From: Fluviicola sp.
GTDB lineage: Bacteria > Bacteroidota > Bacteroidia > Flavobacteriales_D > Crocinitomicaceae
Reading direction: 5' to 3'
DNA length: 64,000 nt
Assembly: GCA_035299485.1 (NCBI GenBank)
Contig: DATGWM010000014.1
Span: forward strand, 160,370-224,369
Shown here: positions 1 to 9,182 of the stretch, piece by piece
Position numbering within the stretch: the first letter of the stretch is position 1
How the letters are laid out: every line of letters begins with the position of its first letter
Made by a program: the position numbers and the translations under genes
The notes under the pieces: model-generated
What the model saw: only the letters and a program-made list of their open reading frames with translations
Told to the model about the DNA's origin: nothing
Databases searched by the model: none

Positions 1-376
1 CATCGCCACCATGGTGGGTGAAAATCACTTCCGGTTGAAATGCTTTCTTTTCGCGCTCAACTACCTTTATCAGGTCCAGCAAATCGACACTATCGAACCG
101 GTTGTCAGGAAAATCATGAATACTTACCGAATGATATCCGATGTGTTTTTGCGCCGCGTAGATATTGCTGCGATGAATTTCGAGCTGTTTTTCCCACAAT
201 TTCGGGTCGCGGTTTTCGGCACGGGAAGTAATGCCTTCGCCCAGGATGACTACATGTGTCACGATACCGGTATCGCTGTGAATAAGTCGGTTCATTGTGG
301 CTCCCAGACCTAGTAATTCATCGTCGGGATGAGCCACAACGACCATTACCCGTTTATTTTTTAGTAATTCTAACAT
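1..376 (-). CDS. PIG-L/LmbE family deacetylase (partial, runs off left edge)
   Basis: Not in ORF track; hand translation from ATG at 376 gives MLELLKNKRVMVVVAHPDDELLGLGA...FPDNRFDSVDLLDLIKVVE...IFTHHGGD, with the AHPDDE and THH motifs of the family. Confidence 0.85.
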   Translation of the reverse strand, partial: MLELLKNKRVMVVVAHPDDELLGLGATMNRLIHSDTGIVTHVVILGEGITSRAENRDPKLWEKQLEIHRSNIYAAQKHIGYHSVSIHDFPDNRFDSVDLLDLIKVVEREKKAFQPEVIFTHHGGD

Positions 377-1037
377 GGGCATTGACGGTATTTGTTGACG
401 GATCCAACACAGCGTTGGAAAAATCAAATTTCAGCGTCTCTGTTTCAATAAAAGCATTCGGGTAGCCTTCGCCATCGAGCATCCGAATGTAATCATAGAC
501 TTGTTCAACCGATTCCAGCGTGGCCAGGTCTCCGTCTTTCGGTCCTCTTCTTTTAAACAAGACGATCTCACCTTCCTGCACTTGCGGCACTGGGTTTTCC
601 AGTAATATGGAACCGATCATGTGGCCAATGACTTCGGAAGCGCGATCCAGGATTTCTGCTGCGGTACCGGATAAATCCAAAGGTGCTTTCAGGTAAACAG
701 GCCCCGTATCGATCCCTTCTTCTACTCTGATGGCACTTATTTTTGTGGATGAATATCCGCGTACAATCAGGTTCTGCAACGGGCTCCCACCCCGGCCGTA
801 AGGCAAATCGGTCATGTGAAAAACGATGCATTCAAACCGTGAATAAATTTCTTCGGGGATCAAATACGACCAATGTGGGATAAAAATTTTGTCGGGATTG
901 ATTTGTTCCAGGTCGGCAAGGTTAAAATCATCCTTACCGGCTATCAACATCCAGGAACTGCCAGGAAAACGGTTTTTCAGATCCGACAGTAATTGCCGAT
1001 GTACCTTTTTTTCCGAAAGAAGAATATACGTTCCCAT
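354..1037 (-). CDS. Sugar formyltransferase (methionyl-tRNA formyltransferase-like)
   Basis: FHMTDLPYGRGGSPLQNLI and EGIDTGPVY formyltransferase motifs; short and inside a glycan cluster, so not the housekeeping fmt. Confidence 0.8.
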   Translation of the reverse strand: MGTYILLSEKKVHRQLLSDLKNRFPGSSWMLIAGKDDFNLADLEQINPDKIFIPHWSYLIPEEIYSRFECIVFHMTDLPYGRGGSPLQNLIVRGYSSTKISAIRVEEGIDTGPVYLKAPLDLSGTAAEILDRASEVIGHMIGSILLENPVPQVQEGEIVLFKRRGPKDGDLATLESVEQVYDYIRMLDGEGYPNAFIETETLKFDFSNAVLDPSTNTVNAHVRITKK

Positions 1038-1056
1038 ACGCAAGCTAAGTTACAAT

Positions 1057-1806
1057 TTATAGCCTTACCGGTTTGCCTATTGTTTCCAATGCACGCTTAA
1101 TATCCAACGGTGTAAATTGAGTAAAGTGAAAAATACTCGCAGCAGCGGCCGCTCCGCAATCGGTTTGCGAAAACAACTCCGTAAAATGAGCCGGTTCACC
1201 GCCACCGCCTGCCACTACAATCGGAAGCTGACAGGATTTTCCGGCCAGTTTAACCAGGTCAATGTCAAATCCCTGCATCATGCCGTCGCGGTCTACGGAA
1301 GTGAGCACAATTTCACCCGCACCTTTTTCGCTCATGAGCGGTATGAATTCATCCACAGGGATTGCTCCTTTTTCAGTTGTGTAAATGCGGTAAACGCCGT
1401 TTTCATCCAGGTAAGCGTCAACAGCTACGGAAATGCACTGCGCGCCAAAAAAATCAGCTGCTTTGTTGACAAAATCAGGATCGTTGATGGCGGCCGTTTT
1501 GATGATCACTTTATCGGCACCAATTTTCAATAAATCCCGGATGTCTTCAATGTTGTCAATTCCACCACCAATTCCAACAGGCATAAAACATTCACGGATC
1601 ACATCGCTGACCATTTTGAGGTTCAGCTTGCGCTTTTGTTTTGTAGCGAAAATATCGAGAAAAAGCAATTCATCCACACCGCGGCTGTTGTAAACGCGCG
1701 CCGCCTGGACCGGGTTGCCCACCATTCGCGGCTGCTGAAACTGCTTTGTTTTCACCAGGCCAAATCCGTTAAAGGTCAATATCGGTATGATGCGGACCTT
1801 AAGCAT
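1057..1806 (-). CDS. hisF: HisF-like cyclase, glycan-cluster paralog
   Basis: RIIPIL, DELLFLDI, IGGGI, GADKVII, EIVLTSVDRDG, AASIFHF motifs; adjacent to hisH-like and amidotransferase genes. Confidence 0.85.
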   Translation of the reverse strand: MLKVRIIPILTFNGFGLVKTKQFQQPRMVGNPVQAARVYNSRGVDELLFLDIFATKQKRKLNLKMVSDVIRECFMPVGIGGGIDNIEDIRDLLKIGADKVIIKTAAINDPDFVNKAADFFGAQCISVAVDAYLDENGVYRIYTTEKGAIPVDEFIPLMSEKGAGEIVLTSVDRDGMMQGFDIDLVKLAGKSCQLPIVVAGGGGEPAHFTELFSQTDCGAAAAASIFHFTQFTPLDIKRALETIGKPVRL

Positions 1807-2407
1807 ATTTTTGGAAAAATTGTTTCAGCATAGCGAGTCCTGCATCCTGGCTTTTTTCAGGATGAAATTGGGTGGCAAAAATATTGTTCTGTTCGATAGC
1901 CGCCACGTAAGTTTTACCGTAATCGACCGTTGCCAGGACCACGTTCGGATCTTCCGCATCAAAATGATAGCTGTGGATGAAATAACAATCGGTTTTGTCC
2001 TGTTGAATGATGTCCGACTCACGTGTGCGCTCTACGGTGTTCCAGCCCAGGTGTGGAATGCGAAGCACGGAATCTTCCATTTTACGAACCGTTCCTGCTA
2101 CCCAGCCCAATCCTTGACAGGTATGCGGCTCTGTTCCGGTAGTCGCCAGTAACTGCATTCCAAGGCAAATGCCCAGGAACGGCTTTTTATTTTGCAGGAC
2201 TTCCTCGTGAAGCACCCCGACCAAACCCGATTCGTGCAGGTTGTGCATTCCCTGCGCAAAAGCACCCACTCCGGGTAAAATAAGCGCCGAAGCTTCCCGG
2301 ATGATTGTTTTATCATTGGAAACAACCGAATCGATCTGAAGAAAACGCAGCGCTTTTTGCACAGAAGCCACATTTCCCATTCCATAATCGATCACGACTG
2401 CACCCAT
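1799..2407 (-). CDS. hisH: HisH-like class I glutamine amidotransferase, glycan-cluster paralog
   Basis: IDYGMGN, LPGVGAF, GICLGMQLL, PHLGWN and QFHPEKS motifs. Confidence 0.9.
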   Translation of the reverse strand: MGAVVIDYGMGNVASVQKALRFLQIDSVVSNDKTIIREASALILPGVGAFAQGMHNLHESGLVGVLHEEVLQNKKPFLGICLGMQLLATTGTEPHTCQGLGWVAGTVRKMEDSVLRIPHLGWNTVERTRESDIIQQDKTDCYFIHSYHFDAEDPNVVLATVDYGKTYVAAIEQNNIFATQFHPEKSQDAGLAMLKQFFQKYA

Positions 2408-2409
2408 GC

Positions 2410-3564
2410 TTAATGTATTTCGAAATTGCGGATGAGATTGCCGTCTGCGTCGCGCACAAATTCGCCGGCATCGTTGGTAGCAAAAATCACCGGGTTGGTG
2501 TACGAGTCGATCACCTCATCGATCGCTTCTTTGGTCATTCCCGAATATTCAATGAACGATTCCACGGCGTAATGCGGGTATTTACCGTCGTATTGTTTCA
2601 CAAGCTCAATGGCTTCTTCACGCGAAATGCGCTTGTTGCGGATATCCAATGCCGCGTGATCAGAAGCACGTCCGAAACCGTATTTGACGTATTTCAGGTA
2701 ATCGTGCAAGCCCACCAGCTTTTCGTCGAGGTTTTCGTAATTGGTATACGTTCCTTCAATCGGACCGTCTTCCTTGATGCGAAAACCGTGTTGTTTCACA
2801 ACCTCCAATTGCTTGCGTGCATCCCAGAAAAAGTAGTGTCCCAGGAAAATACCCGTTACGCCAACACGGTTAATCTCTTCATCGGAAGGATAAAAATACG
2901 GTGTCAGTTCTTTTTCGGTGATCCCGTCAACACCGATCATATCCTGGATACGGTTACCAAGCAACCCGCCGAACTCCTCGAGCCATTTGCGGTTGAGAAT
3001 GCGGTTTTTCACCGAATCGAGGCTTGGTCCACCGTATTCCTGCTGTGGATTTTCACCCCAGATGATGAGCGGGATATTGAATTTAACGGCCATCAGCACC
3101 GGGATGGTAAAAATCCCGATGTGGTTGGGCCACATTTCATCGCCTACGCGCTTGAAGCTTTCCACGACCATTTTGCGATACACTTCGCTGTTTTTCTTGA
3201 AATGGATCACGTCCATGCCCATTTCGGAAAGGTTGTCGAGGTTGTGGCGTCCCAGCTCGGTTACAGCCGTGGTCTCAAAACAAACGCATAGCGGGTTAAG
3301 TCCGCAAACGTATTTCATGAAATAGGCCTGGTAAGTACTATCCTTTCCACCACTCACGGGTACAATGCAATCATAGCCGATCGCTCCGTTTTTGAGCCGG
3401 TAATGCTCTACAATTTCGTGAAAATCCGCCTCGCGCTGCTTCCAGTCGATGCCGGCATGTTTTTCCTCAGCGGCCACACACGCAGAGCAGACACCTTCGT
3501 CATTAAATGTCAGGTCCGGTTTTGTTTCCGGGTAAACACATTTGGTGCAATATCTAATTTCCAT
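2410..3564 (-). CDS. N-acetyl sugar amidotransferase (WbuX/PseA-like)
   Basis: N-terminal CxxC...CxxC, YDCIVPVSGGKDS PP-loop, IIWGEN, GFGRA; the usual partner of glycan-cluster HisH/HisF. Confidence 0.9.
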   Translation of the reverse strand: MEIRYCTKCVYPETKPDLTFNDEGVCSACVAAEEKHAGIDWKQREADFHEIVEHYRLKNGAIGYDCIVPVSGGKDSTYQAYFMKYVCGLNPLCVCFETTAVTELGRHNLDNLSEMGMDVIHFKKNSEVYRKMVVESFKRVGDEMWPNHIGIFTIPVLMAVKFNIPLIIWGENPQQEYGGPSLDSVKNRILNRKWLEEFGGLLGNRIQDMIGVDGITEKELTPYFYPSDEEINRVGVTGIFLGHYFFWDARKQLEVVKQHGFRIKEDGPIEGTYTNYENLDEKLVGLHDYLKYVKYGFGRASDHAALDIRNKRISREEAIELVKQYDGKYPHYAVESFIEYSGMTKEAIDEVIDSYTNPVIFATNDAGEFVRDADGNLIRNFEIH

Positions 3565-3576
3565 TTTTCGGGGCAA

Positions 3577-4200
3577 TCACTTTTTTTCGAGGAGGAACCA
3601 GGTAATATCGTCTTGCGGAAAAGCAGGATCTTTGCGGTAAGCAAATCCGTAATCCACCAGCTGCAAATCGCTGTACTTTTCGAGTAATTCGCCTGCAAAA
3701 TCGCGTTTGAACAAGCGTTCTTCGTGACCGCGGTAATTCAATGCCACCGGACTTGGATTATAGTATTCTGCCACAAGAATATAACGCGTTGATGCCTGGT
3801 ACAGTTTTTCGTATACAACAGGCAGCATTTCCGGGTTGATGTGGATGAGCACGCCTTTGATCAGGGACAATTCGGCGTGCTGCGTAAAACTGCTGTCGAA
3901 AACAGATCCGTGAACTACATTGGAATCGCCAATAAGTCCTTTCAATTCCGTTGCCGCCTGCTCGTTGATCTCAATTCCGGTTAATTGAATACCGGGGTAG
4001 AGCAAACGCAGCGCCTTGAGGTTCATTCCGATGTTGGCACCAAATTCCAGGCAGGAGTTTACTTTCCCTGCCCGTTGCAGCGCTTTGGAGAAAAAATGGA
4101 GGTTCGACGCCAATAGCTGGTCACCCTGGTTTCGTCCTATGTAGTCATTTCCAAATTCGTTCGCCCAAAATGCTTCCTGGGCCGTTTTGTATTCCTGCAT
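3577..4200 (-). CDS. Pseudaminic acid biosynthesis-associated methylase
   Basis: FWANEFGNDYIGRN, LEFGANIGMNL SAM-binding motif, KGVLIHINP, FKRDFAGE, DDITWFL. Confidence 0.85.
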   Translation of the reverse strand: MQEYKTAQEAFWANEFGNDYIGRNQGDQLLASNLHFFSKALQRAGKVNSCLEFGANIGMNLKALRLLYPGIQLTGIEINEQAATELKGLIGDSNVVHGSVFDSSFTQHAELSLIKGVLIHINPEMLPVVYEKLYQASTRYILVAEYYNPSPVALNYRGHEERLFKRDFAGELLEKYSDLQLVDYGFAYRKDPAFPQDDITWFLLEKK

Positions 4201-4203
4201 AAC

Positions 4204-4884
4204 TTATTCTAATCTGCTTTTATACTTCAATTCGGCAAGTTTCCAGTCTGTTGGCGTGTCAATATCCTGCACGTCCATTTCAGACAGCACCACCATACCG
4301 CTGTTCGCTGTAAATATACTATCTTTTAGTTTGTCGGGCCTTAGCCAGTACCATTGGCCTGCGTCGTGATAAACCGGTTTCAGGTCCTGTGTCCTGACGG
4401 TTTTATTTTCGGGCCAGATCATGCCTGCCTTCCCATCCCGCAACTCAAAACCACGCCAGATCGGATGGCCGTAAGCAACAGCAGCAAACACACTGTCAAA
4501 CTGCTTTTGTTCCAATAGCTGTAAGCCTTCTGACAGGTGAGTTGTGGTCATCAGCGGAGCGGTGGGATAAATGCAGCAGACTACGTCAAAAATGCGGCCA
4601 TCCTGTTGATAACAGTTAAGCACTTCTTCAATTACCTGTAATGTTGTGGCATGATCATCTGAGTTGACAGCACTGCGAAAAAAGGGCACAGTGGCTCCTG
4701 CTCCGCTTGCAATGGCCGCAATTCCCTCATCGTCGGTCGACACCATGACTTCATCAAACAAGCCGGAATCGAGTGCCGTTCGAATCACGTAAGTGATCAT
4801 CGGCTTCCCCAAAAAGGGCCGAATGTTTTTGTGCGGAATACGCTTGCTTCCACCTCTTGCAGGGATGATGGCCAGCCTACTCAT
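4204..4884 (-). CDS. pseF: Pseudaminic acid cytidylyltransferase
   Basis: AIIPARGGSKRIPHKNIRPF, VSTDD, YHDAGQWY, QDIDTPTDW; start moved to the Met at 4884. Confidence 0.9.
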   Translation of the reverse strand: MSRLAIIPARGGSKRIPHKNIRPFLGKPMITYVIRTALDSGLFDEVMVSTDDEGIAAIASGAGATVPFFRSAVNSDDHATTLQVIEEVLNCYQQDGRIFDVVCCIYPTAPLMTTTHLSEGLQLLEQKQFDSVFAAVAYGHPIWRGFELRDGKAGMIWPENKTVRTQDLKPVYHDAGQWYWLRPDKLKDSIFTANSGMVVLSEMDVQDIDTPTDWKLAELKYKSRLE

Positions 4885-6049
4885 AATAGGATTTAACGGT
4901 TTGAATGACAAATTGCTGTTCCTCCTCCGTCAACGTCGGGTACATGGGCAGGCTGATGCATTTTTGATAATAGGCTTCCGCTACCGGTAGTTCTTTTTGT
5001 CCGCCTTTTTTATTGCGGTAATACGGCATCAAATGGCACGGGATGTAATGGATTTGTACGTAAATGCCTTTTGTACGCAAGTAATTGTACAAGCCAAGCC
5101 TGTCGGCTACTTCCAGGATGTACAAGTGATAGGCATGCCCTTCTACCGAGCCGCTTTGACCGTAAACAAACGATTCACCTGCAAAGGCTTCGGCATATCG
5201 CGCGGCAATGGCCCGGCGCTTTTTCAATCCTTCATCGGCACGTGCCAGCTGCGAACGCCCTAAAGCGGCCTGGAAATCGGTTAACCGGTAATTGTATCCC
5301 AATTCCTGCATTTCCATGTACCAGAGCGGAAAATCCTGTTCACCGCCGATAGCTTCGGGTGTATGCTGGAATAATTCGGTATTGCGCGTAATGCCATGCG
5401 TGCGCAGTAAGCACAGGCGATCGTACAAGGCTTTGTCATTTGTGGTAATCATTCCGCCTTCGCCCGCCGCAATGTGCTTTACAGGGTGAAACGAAAAAAC
5501 GGAGCATTCAGCAAAAACGCCGTTCCCGGCATAGTGTTTTGTGCCCGACGAATCGGAAAAATAAGCTCCGGGAGCATGACAGGCATCTTCGATGATCCAC
5601 AGTCCGAATTCATCGGCCAACTGGCGCAGTTGTTCCATGTCGACCATTCTTCCGGCAAATTGCACCGGGATAATGCCTTTGATGCTTTTATCGGCAAGCA
5701 GCTGTTGGCGCAATACAGTCAGATCAAGCAGGTACGTTTCGGGGTCGATATCCGAAAACACGGCTTCAGCGCCACAATATTCCACACAATTTGCACTGGC
5801 GGCAAAGGTAATCGGGGTTGTGATCACTTTCTGGCCTGCTTCCACTCCGAGCGCCATCGCTGCAAGATGCAATGCTGCCGTTCCGTTGGCAACTGCAACA
5901 GCGTAGGCAGCGCCCGTATAGGCGGCAAATGCCGTTTCGAATTCCCGGATTTCAGGCCCTTGCGTCAGGTAATCGGAACGCAGCACACGCACCGTCGCCT
6001 CGATATCGGCATCCGTTATTTCCTGCTTTCCGTAAGGAATGATTTTCAT
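4877..6049 (-). CDS. pseC: UDP-4-amino-4,6-dideoxy-N-acetyl-beta-L-altrosamine transaminase (DegT family)
   Basis: IPYGKQEI, LTQGP, IIEDACHA, FSFHPVKH PLP-lysine motif, GEGGMITT, LGYNYRLTDFQAALG. Confidence 0.9.
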   Translation of the reverse strand: MKIIPYGKQEITDADIEATVRVLRSDYLTQGPEIREFETAFAAYTGAAYAVAVANGTAALHLAAMALGVEAGQKVITTPITFAASANCVEYCGAEAVFSDIDPETYLLDLTVLRQQLLADKSIKGIIPVQFAGRMVDMEQLRQLADEFGLWIIEDACHAPGAYFSDSSGTKHYAGNGVFAECSVFSFHPVKHIAAGEGGMITTNDKALYDRLCLLRTHGITRNTELFQHTPEAIGGEQDFPLWYMEMQELGYNYRLTDFQAALGRSQLARADEGLKKRRAIAARYAEAFAGESFVYGQSGSVEGHAYHLYILEVADRLGLYNYLRTKGIYVQIHYIPCHLMPYYRNKKGGQKELPVAEAYYQKCISLPMYPTLTEEEQQFVIQTVKSYYE

Positions 6050-6054
6050 AGCGC

Positions 6055-7068
6055 CTACGATTGAAATTCGGCATCTACATGTTCACGGATCAGTTTCCGC
6101 AAGCTTTCCACCGTTTCCCATTCGGTATTCTCTGCCGAGTTATAACAAAATCCCGTGGGCACTTTTTTGGCATCGAAACAGCTGATGTAATCGGCCAATT
6201 CCCAATTGGGAACGGGCGGCAATATCGAATAATAAGCCCCCAGGTCGTAGGTAAAAAACGAGTCGGAAGAAGTAATCATTTCTTCGTGGATCTTTTCTCC
6301 CGGCCGGATTCCCACGACCCGCTGCTCGCATTCAGGTCCTATGGCTTCGGCAACATCGGTGATTTTATAGGAAGGAATTTTCGGTACAAACACTTCGCCG
6401 CCCCAGGCATGTTCCAGGGCATGGAACACCATATCGACTCCCTGGTCGAGGGAAATATTGAAACGCGTCATCGTGGGATCGGTAATCGGCAGCACACCGT
6501 CTTTTCGCTTTTTCAGGAAAAAAGGGATCACCGAGCCATTCGAGCCCATTACATTACCATAGCGCACCACCGAAAAGCGGATATTGCGTTTTCCCTTGAT
6601 ATTATTGGCAGCAATAAACAATTTGTCGGAGGCCAGCTTTGTTGCTCCGTATAAGTTAATCGGGGCCGCGGCTTTGTCTGTGGAAAGCGCCACCACACGC
6701 GATACATTGCTTTCCAGGGCCGCTTCGATCACATTCTCTGCCCCATTGATATTGGTTTTCACCGCTTCCATCGGGTTGTATTCGGCAATCGGGACATGTT
6801 TCATCGCTGCTGCATGGATGACATAATCAATCCCTTCGAATGCGCGGACCAGGCGATTTTTATCGCGTACATCTCCAATAAAAAAACGGATCGACGGATA
6901 GCTGGCTTCAGGGTAATCCTGCGCCATTTCAAATTGCTTTTGCTCATCGCGTGAAAACACCACAACACGTTTCACATCAGGCGATTGCTCATAAATGCGT
7001 TTAATCAGTTGTTTACCAAGAGAGCCTGTGCCGCCGGTAATCAGGATAGATTTATCCGTTAGATCCAT
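6055..7068 (-). CDS. pseB: UDP-N-acetylglucosamine 4,6-dehydratase (inverting)
   Basis: TGGTGSLG, FSRDEQKQ, HAAAMKHVP, ALSTDKAAAPINLYGATK, RYGNVMGSNGSVIP, GIRPGEKIHE. Confidence 0.93.
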   Translation of the reverse strand: MDLTDKSILITGGTGSLGKQLIKRIYEQSPDVKRVVVFSRDEQKQFEMAQDYPEASYPSIRFFIGDVRDKNRLVRAFEGIDYVIHAAAMKHVPIAEYNPMEAVKTNINGAENVIEAALESNVSRVVALSTDKAAAPINLYGATKLASDKLFIAANNIKGKRNIRFSVVRYGNVMGSNGSVIPFFLKKRKDGVLPITDPTMTRFNISLDQGVDMVFHALEHAWGGEVFVPKIPSYKITDVAEAIGPECEQRVVGIRPGEKIHEEMITSSDSFFTYDLGAYYSILPPVPNWELADYISCFDAKKVPTGFCYNSAENTEWETVESLRKLIREHVDAEFQS

Positions 7069-7116
7069 TGAATTGTTTTTGTAGTTGTTGCTGTAACGAA
7101 TAGCTAAGTTAAAAAA

Positions 7117-8448
7117 TTAATCAGTCCGCGTCATCTCAACCTGCTTCGCATTCCTGAATTTAAGTATCAGGAAAGCCAGTATGAGCAGAAAAAGTCCCAG
7201 CATGGGTAACTTGTAACGCACGAGTGCCCCGAAATTATAGCTGTTCATCCCTACTGCTACGCCAAAGATGATGCAGTAGATAAATGCCCCGAAAAGAAAG
7301 GTGGAGCGGTATAATTCGCGCCAGAGCTTCCACCTTCCAAGGTAGAGCACCCAAAGCACGAGTACCAGGAAGAGGATTCCTTCCAGGCTGCTCAGTACCA
7401 TGAATACGTTGTGTACTTCCCATGGATACGGTCGAAACAAAGTCACCACCAACGCGCGCGGTGCCGCCACAAGAATCCCGGTAGGTGTGTACTCAATTTC
7501 GCCTATATCGTAGTAAGATCCTCCCAGTGTTTTGTGCCATGACTGGAACCCGTTGGCATGTATTTCCAGCGTTTCCGCTTTGTATTTATCGGATGAGCCA
7601 ACGATGGTCGTAGAAACGAAATAAGCTCCTGTTGCCACGATACCAATCAACACCGGCACCGAAACATATTTGATGATCTTCGATTGAATACTTCGCGAAA
7701 ACAACAAATACAAAGAGATAAAAAACCAGGGAAGCATACAAATAAGGATGTACGCTTTCAGCATGTAAAGGATATAAGACATAACTGCCAGCAATACCAG
7801 CTGAAACACGCGCGAGCCATCTCTGTGAATTATTTTATAAAACGCCAGCGCCCAGATGGATACGGCAAACAGGGTGTAGGTATCTTTTAATAGTCCGCCT
7901 CCCCAGAAAATCGTTGACGGAACCAAAAAAGCAATCGCAAACGACCATTTGTAGTTGTTGTTCAGCAACCGGTTGGCGAGCTTGAACAGCTGCCAGCCAC
8001 CGATCAGTGAGACCATCGACATAAAAAACGTGATCCCCAGGTAGGAATTGCCCGTGATCAAACCAAAAGGCGAAGTGAGCCGCACCATGAACCAACCTTC
8101 GGCCTGGCCGGCAAAGCTGAATTCCCGCATGGCATAGGCAACACCCGGAGTACCTCCTGTTCCGTCCGAAGCCACCATCATCTGTAAATAGCGTGATGCA
8201 TCCGTCATGAATACATTGTTGAGCTTCGTGATATCGTAATAATACCTGAACGAATCCCCAAACTTATAATAGTAAATATAAACGCAGGCAAAGGCCAATC
8301 CGCCGAACACTTTAATGACATAGGCGCGGAACAAAAAAGTTGAAAACGGACGCGAAGAAAGCTTGCTGTAGAGATAAACAAAAAAACCAACCGCAAGGAC
8401 TAAAAACGACCATTGTATCCAGTCAAATATGGTTGGTTGGATCAACAT
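7117..8448 (-). CDS. Polytopic membrane protein at the head of the glycan cluster (possible polymerase or GT-C-fold enzyme)
   Basis: About 10-11 hydrophobic segments, Asp/Tyr-rich first loop (GDSFRYYYD), FRPYPWE motif; function inferred from context only. Confidence 0.5.
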   Translation of the reverse strand: MLIQPTIFDWIQWSFLVLAVGFFVYLYSKLSSRPFSTFLFRAYVIKVFGGLAFACVYIYYYKFGDSFRYYYDITKLNNVFMTDASRYLQMMVASDGTGGTPGVAYAMREFSFAGQAEGWFMVRLTSPFGLITGNSYLGITFFMSMVSLIGGWQLFKLANRLLNNNYKWSFAIAFLVPSTIFWGGGLLKDTYTLFAVSIWALAFYKIIHRDGSRVFQLVLLAVMSYILYMLKAYILICMLPWFFISLYLLFSRSIQSKIIKYVSVPVLIGIVATGAYFVSTTIVGSSDKYKAETLEIHANGFQSWHKTLGGSYYDIGEIEYTPTGILVAAPRALVVTLFRPYPWEVHNVFMVLSSLEGILFLVLVLWVLYLGRWKLWRELYRSTFLFGAFIYCIIFGVAVGMNSYNFGALVRYKLPMLGLFLLILAFLILKFRNAKQVEMTRTD

Positions 8449-8596
8449 ACTTTAAATGCTCGGATTGTTTTCGTTCTCAAGGATTTCTCTTGTTTATCAA
8501 AAGCCTAACAAAGGTAGCAGATTCGGTGAGGAAACAATCATGATCGCCCAAATGATTCCGTTTTTCGTAATTTCGGCCTTTCTATTGTTGAATTTT

Positions 8597-9178
8597 ATGC
8601 AACTTATTTTCGCTTCGGGAAACGAACACAAGATCAGGGAAATCCGCCAGTTATTGCCGGCAGGATATGAATTGCTTTCACTGGCCGACATCGGTTTTCA
8701 TGAGGATATCCCCGAAACCGCTGATACCATCGAAGGAAATGCCCGCTTAAAAGCGCAGTTCCTGGCCGATAAACAGATTTCTGCCTGTTTTGCCGACGAT
8801 ACCGGTTTGGTTACTTCCGCACTGAACGGCGAACCGGGCGTTTATTCGGCACGCTATGCCGGCGAAGCCAAAAATGCGGATGACAACATGGATTTACTGC
8901 TTTCAAAACTGGACGGAAACCCGGATCGCAGCGCGTATTTCATCACGGTTATTGCTCTTTGGATGGATGGTGAAATGTATGTTTTCAGGGGCCGGATCGA
9001 CGGAACAATCCTTACCGAAAAGCGCGGAACAAAAGGCTTTGGCTACGATCCTGTCTTTCAGCCTATCGGTTATTCAAAAACCTTTGCCGAAATGACCAGC
9101 GAAGAAAAAAATGCGCTGAGTCACCGCGGGCGGGCTTTGCAGCAAATGATGGCGTTTTTGAAAAGCAAAACGCAGTAG
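8597..9178 (+). CDS. rdgB: Non-canonical purine NTP pyrophosphatase (RdgB/HAM1)
   Basis: LIFASGNEHK, FADDTGL, GEPGVYSARYAG, GFGYDPVF, KNALSHRGRA; start moved to 8597. Confidence 0.93.
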   Translation: MQLIFASGNEHKIREIRQLLPAGYELLSLADIGFHEDIPETADTIEGNARLKAQFLADKQISACFADDTGLVTSALNGEPGVYSARYAGEAKNADDNMDLLLSKLDGNPDRSAYFITVIALWMDGEMYVFRGRIDGTILTEKRGTKGFGYDPVFQPIGYSKTFAEMTSEEKNALSHRGRALQQMMAFLKSKTQ

Positions 9179-9182
9179 TTCG

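Noticed and set aside
11-313. 100-aa plus-strand ORF
   Set aside because: Antisense to the PIG-L deacetylase, which carries clear family motifs on the minus strand
1057-2407. hisF/hisH as a histidine biosynthesis operon
   Set aside because: No other his genes nearby; they are coupled to the sugar amidotransferase inside the glycan cluster
2305-3291. 328-aa plus-strand ORF
   Set aside because: Shadow ORF antisense to the amidotransferase; no recognisable motifs
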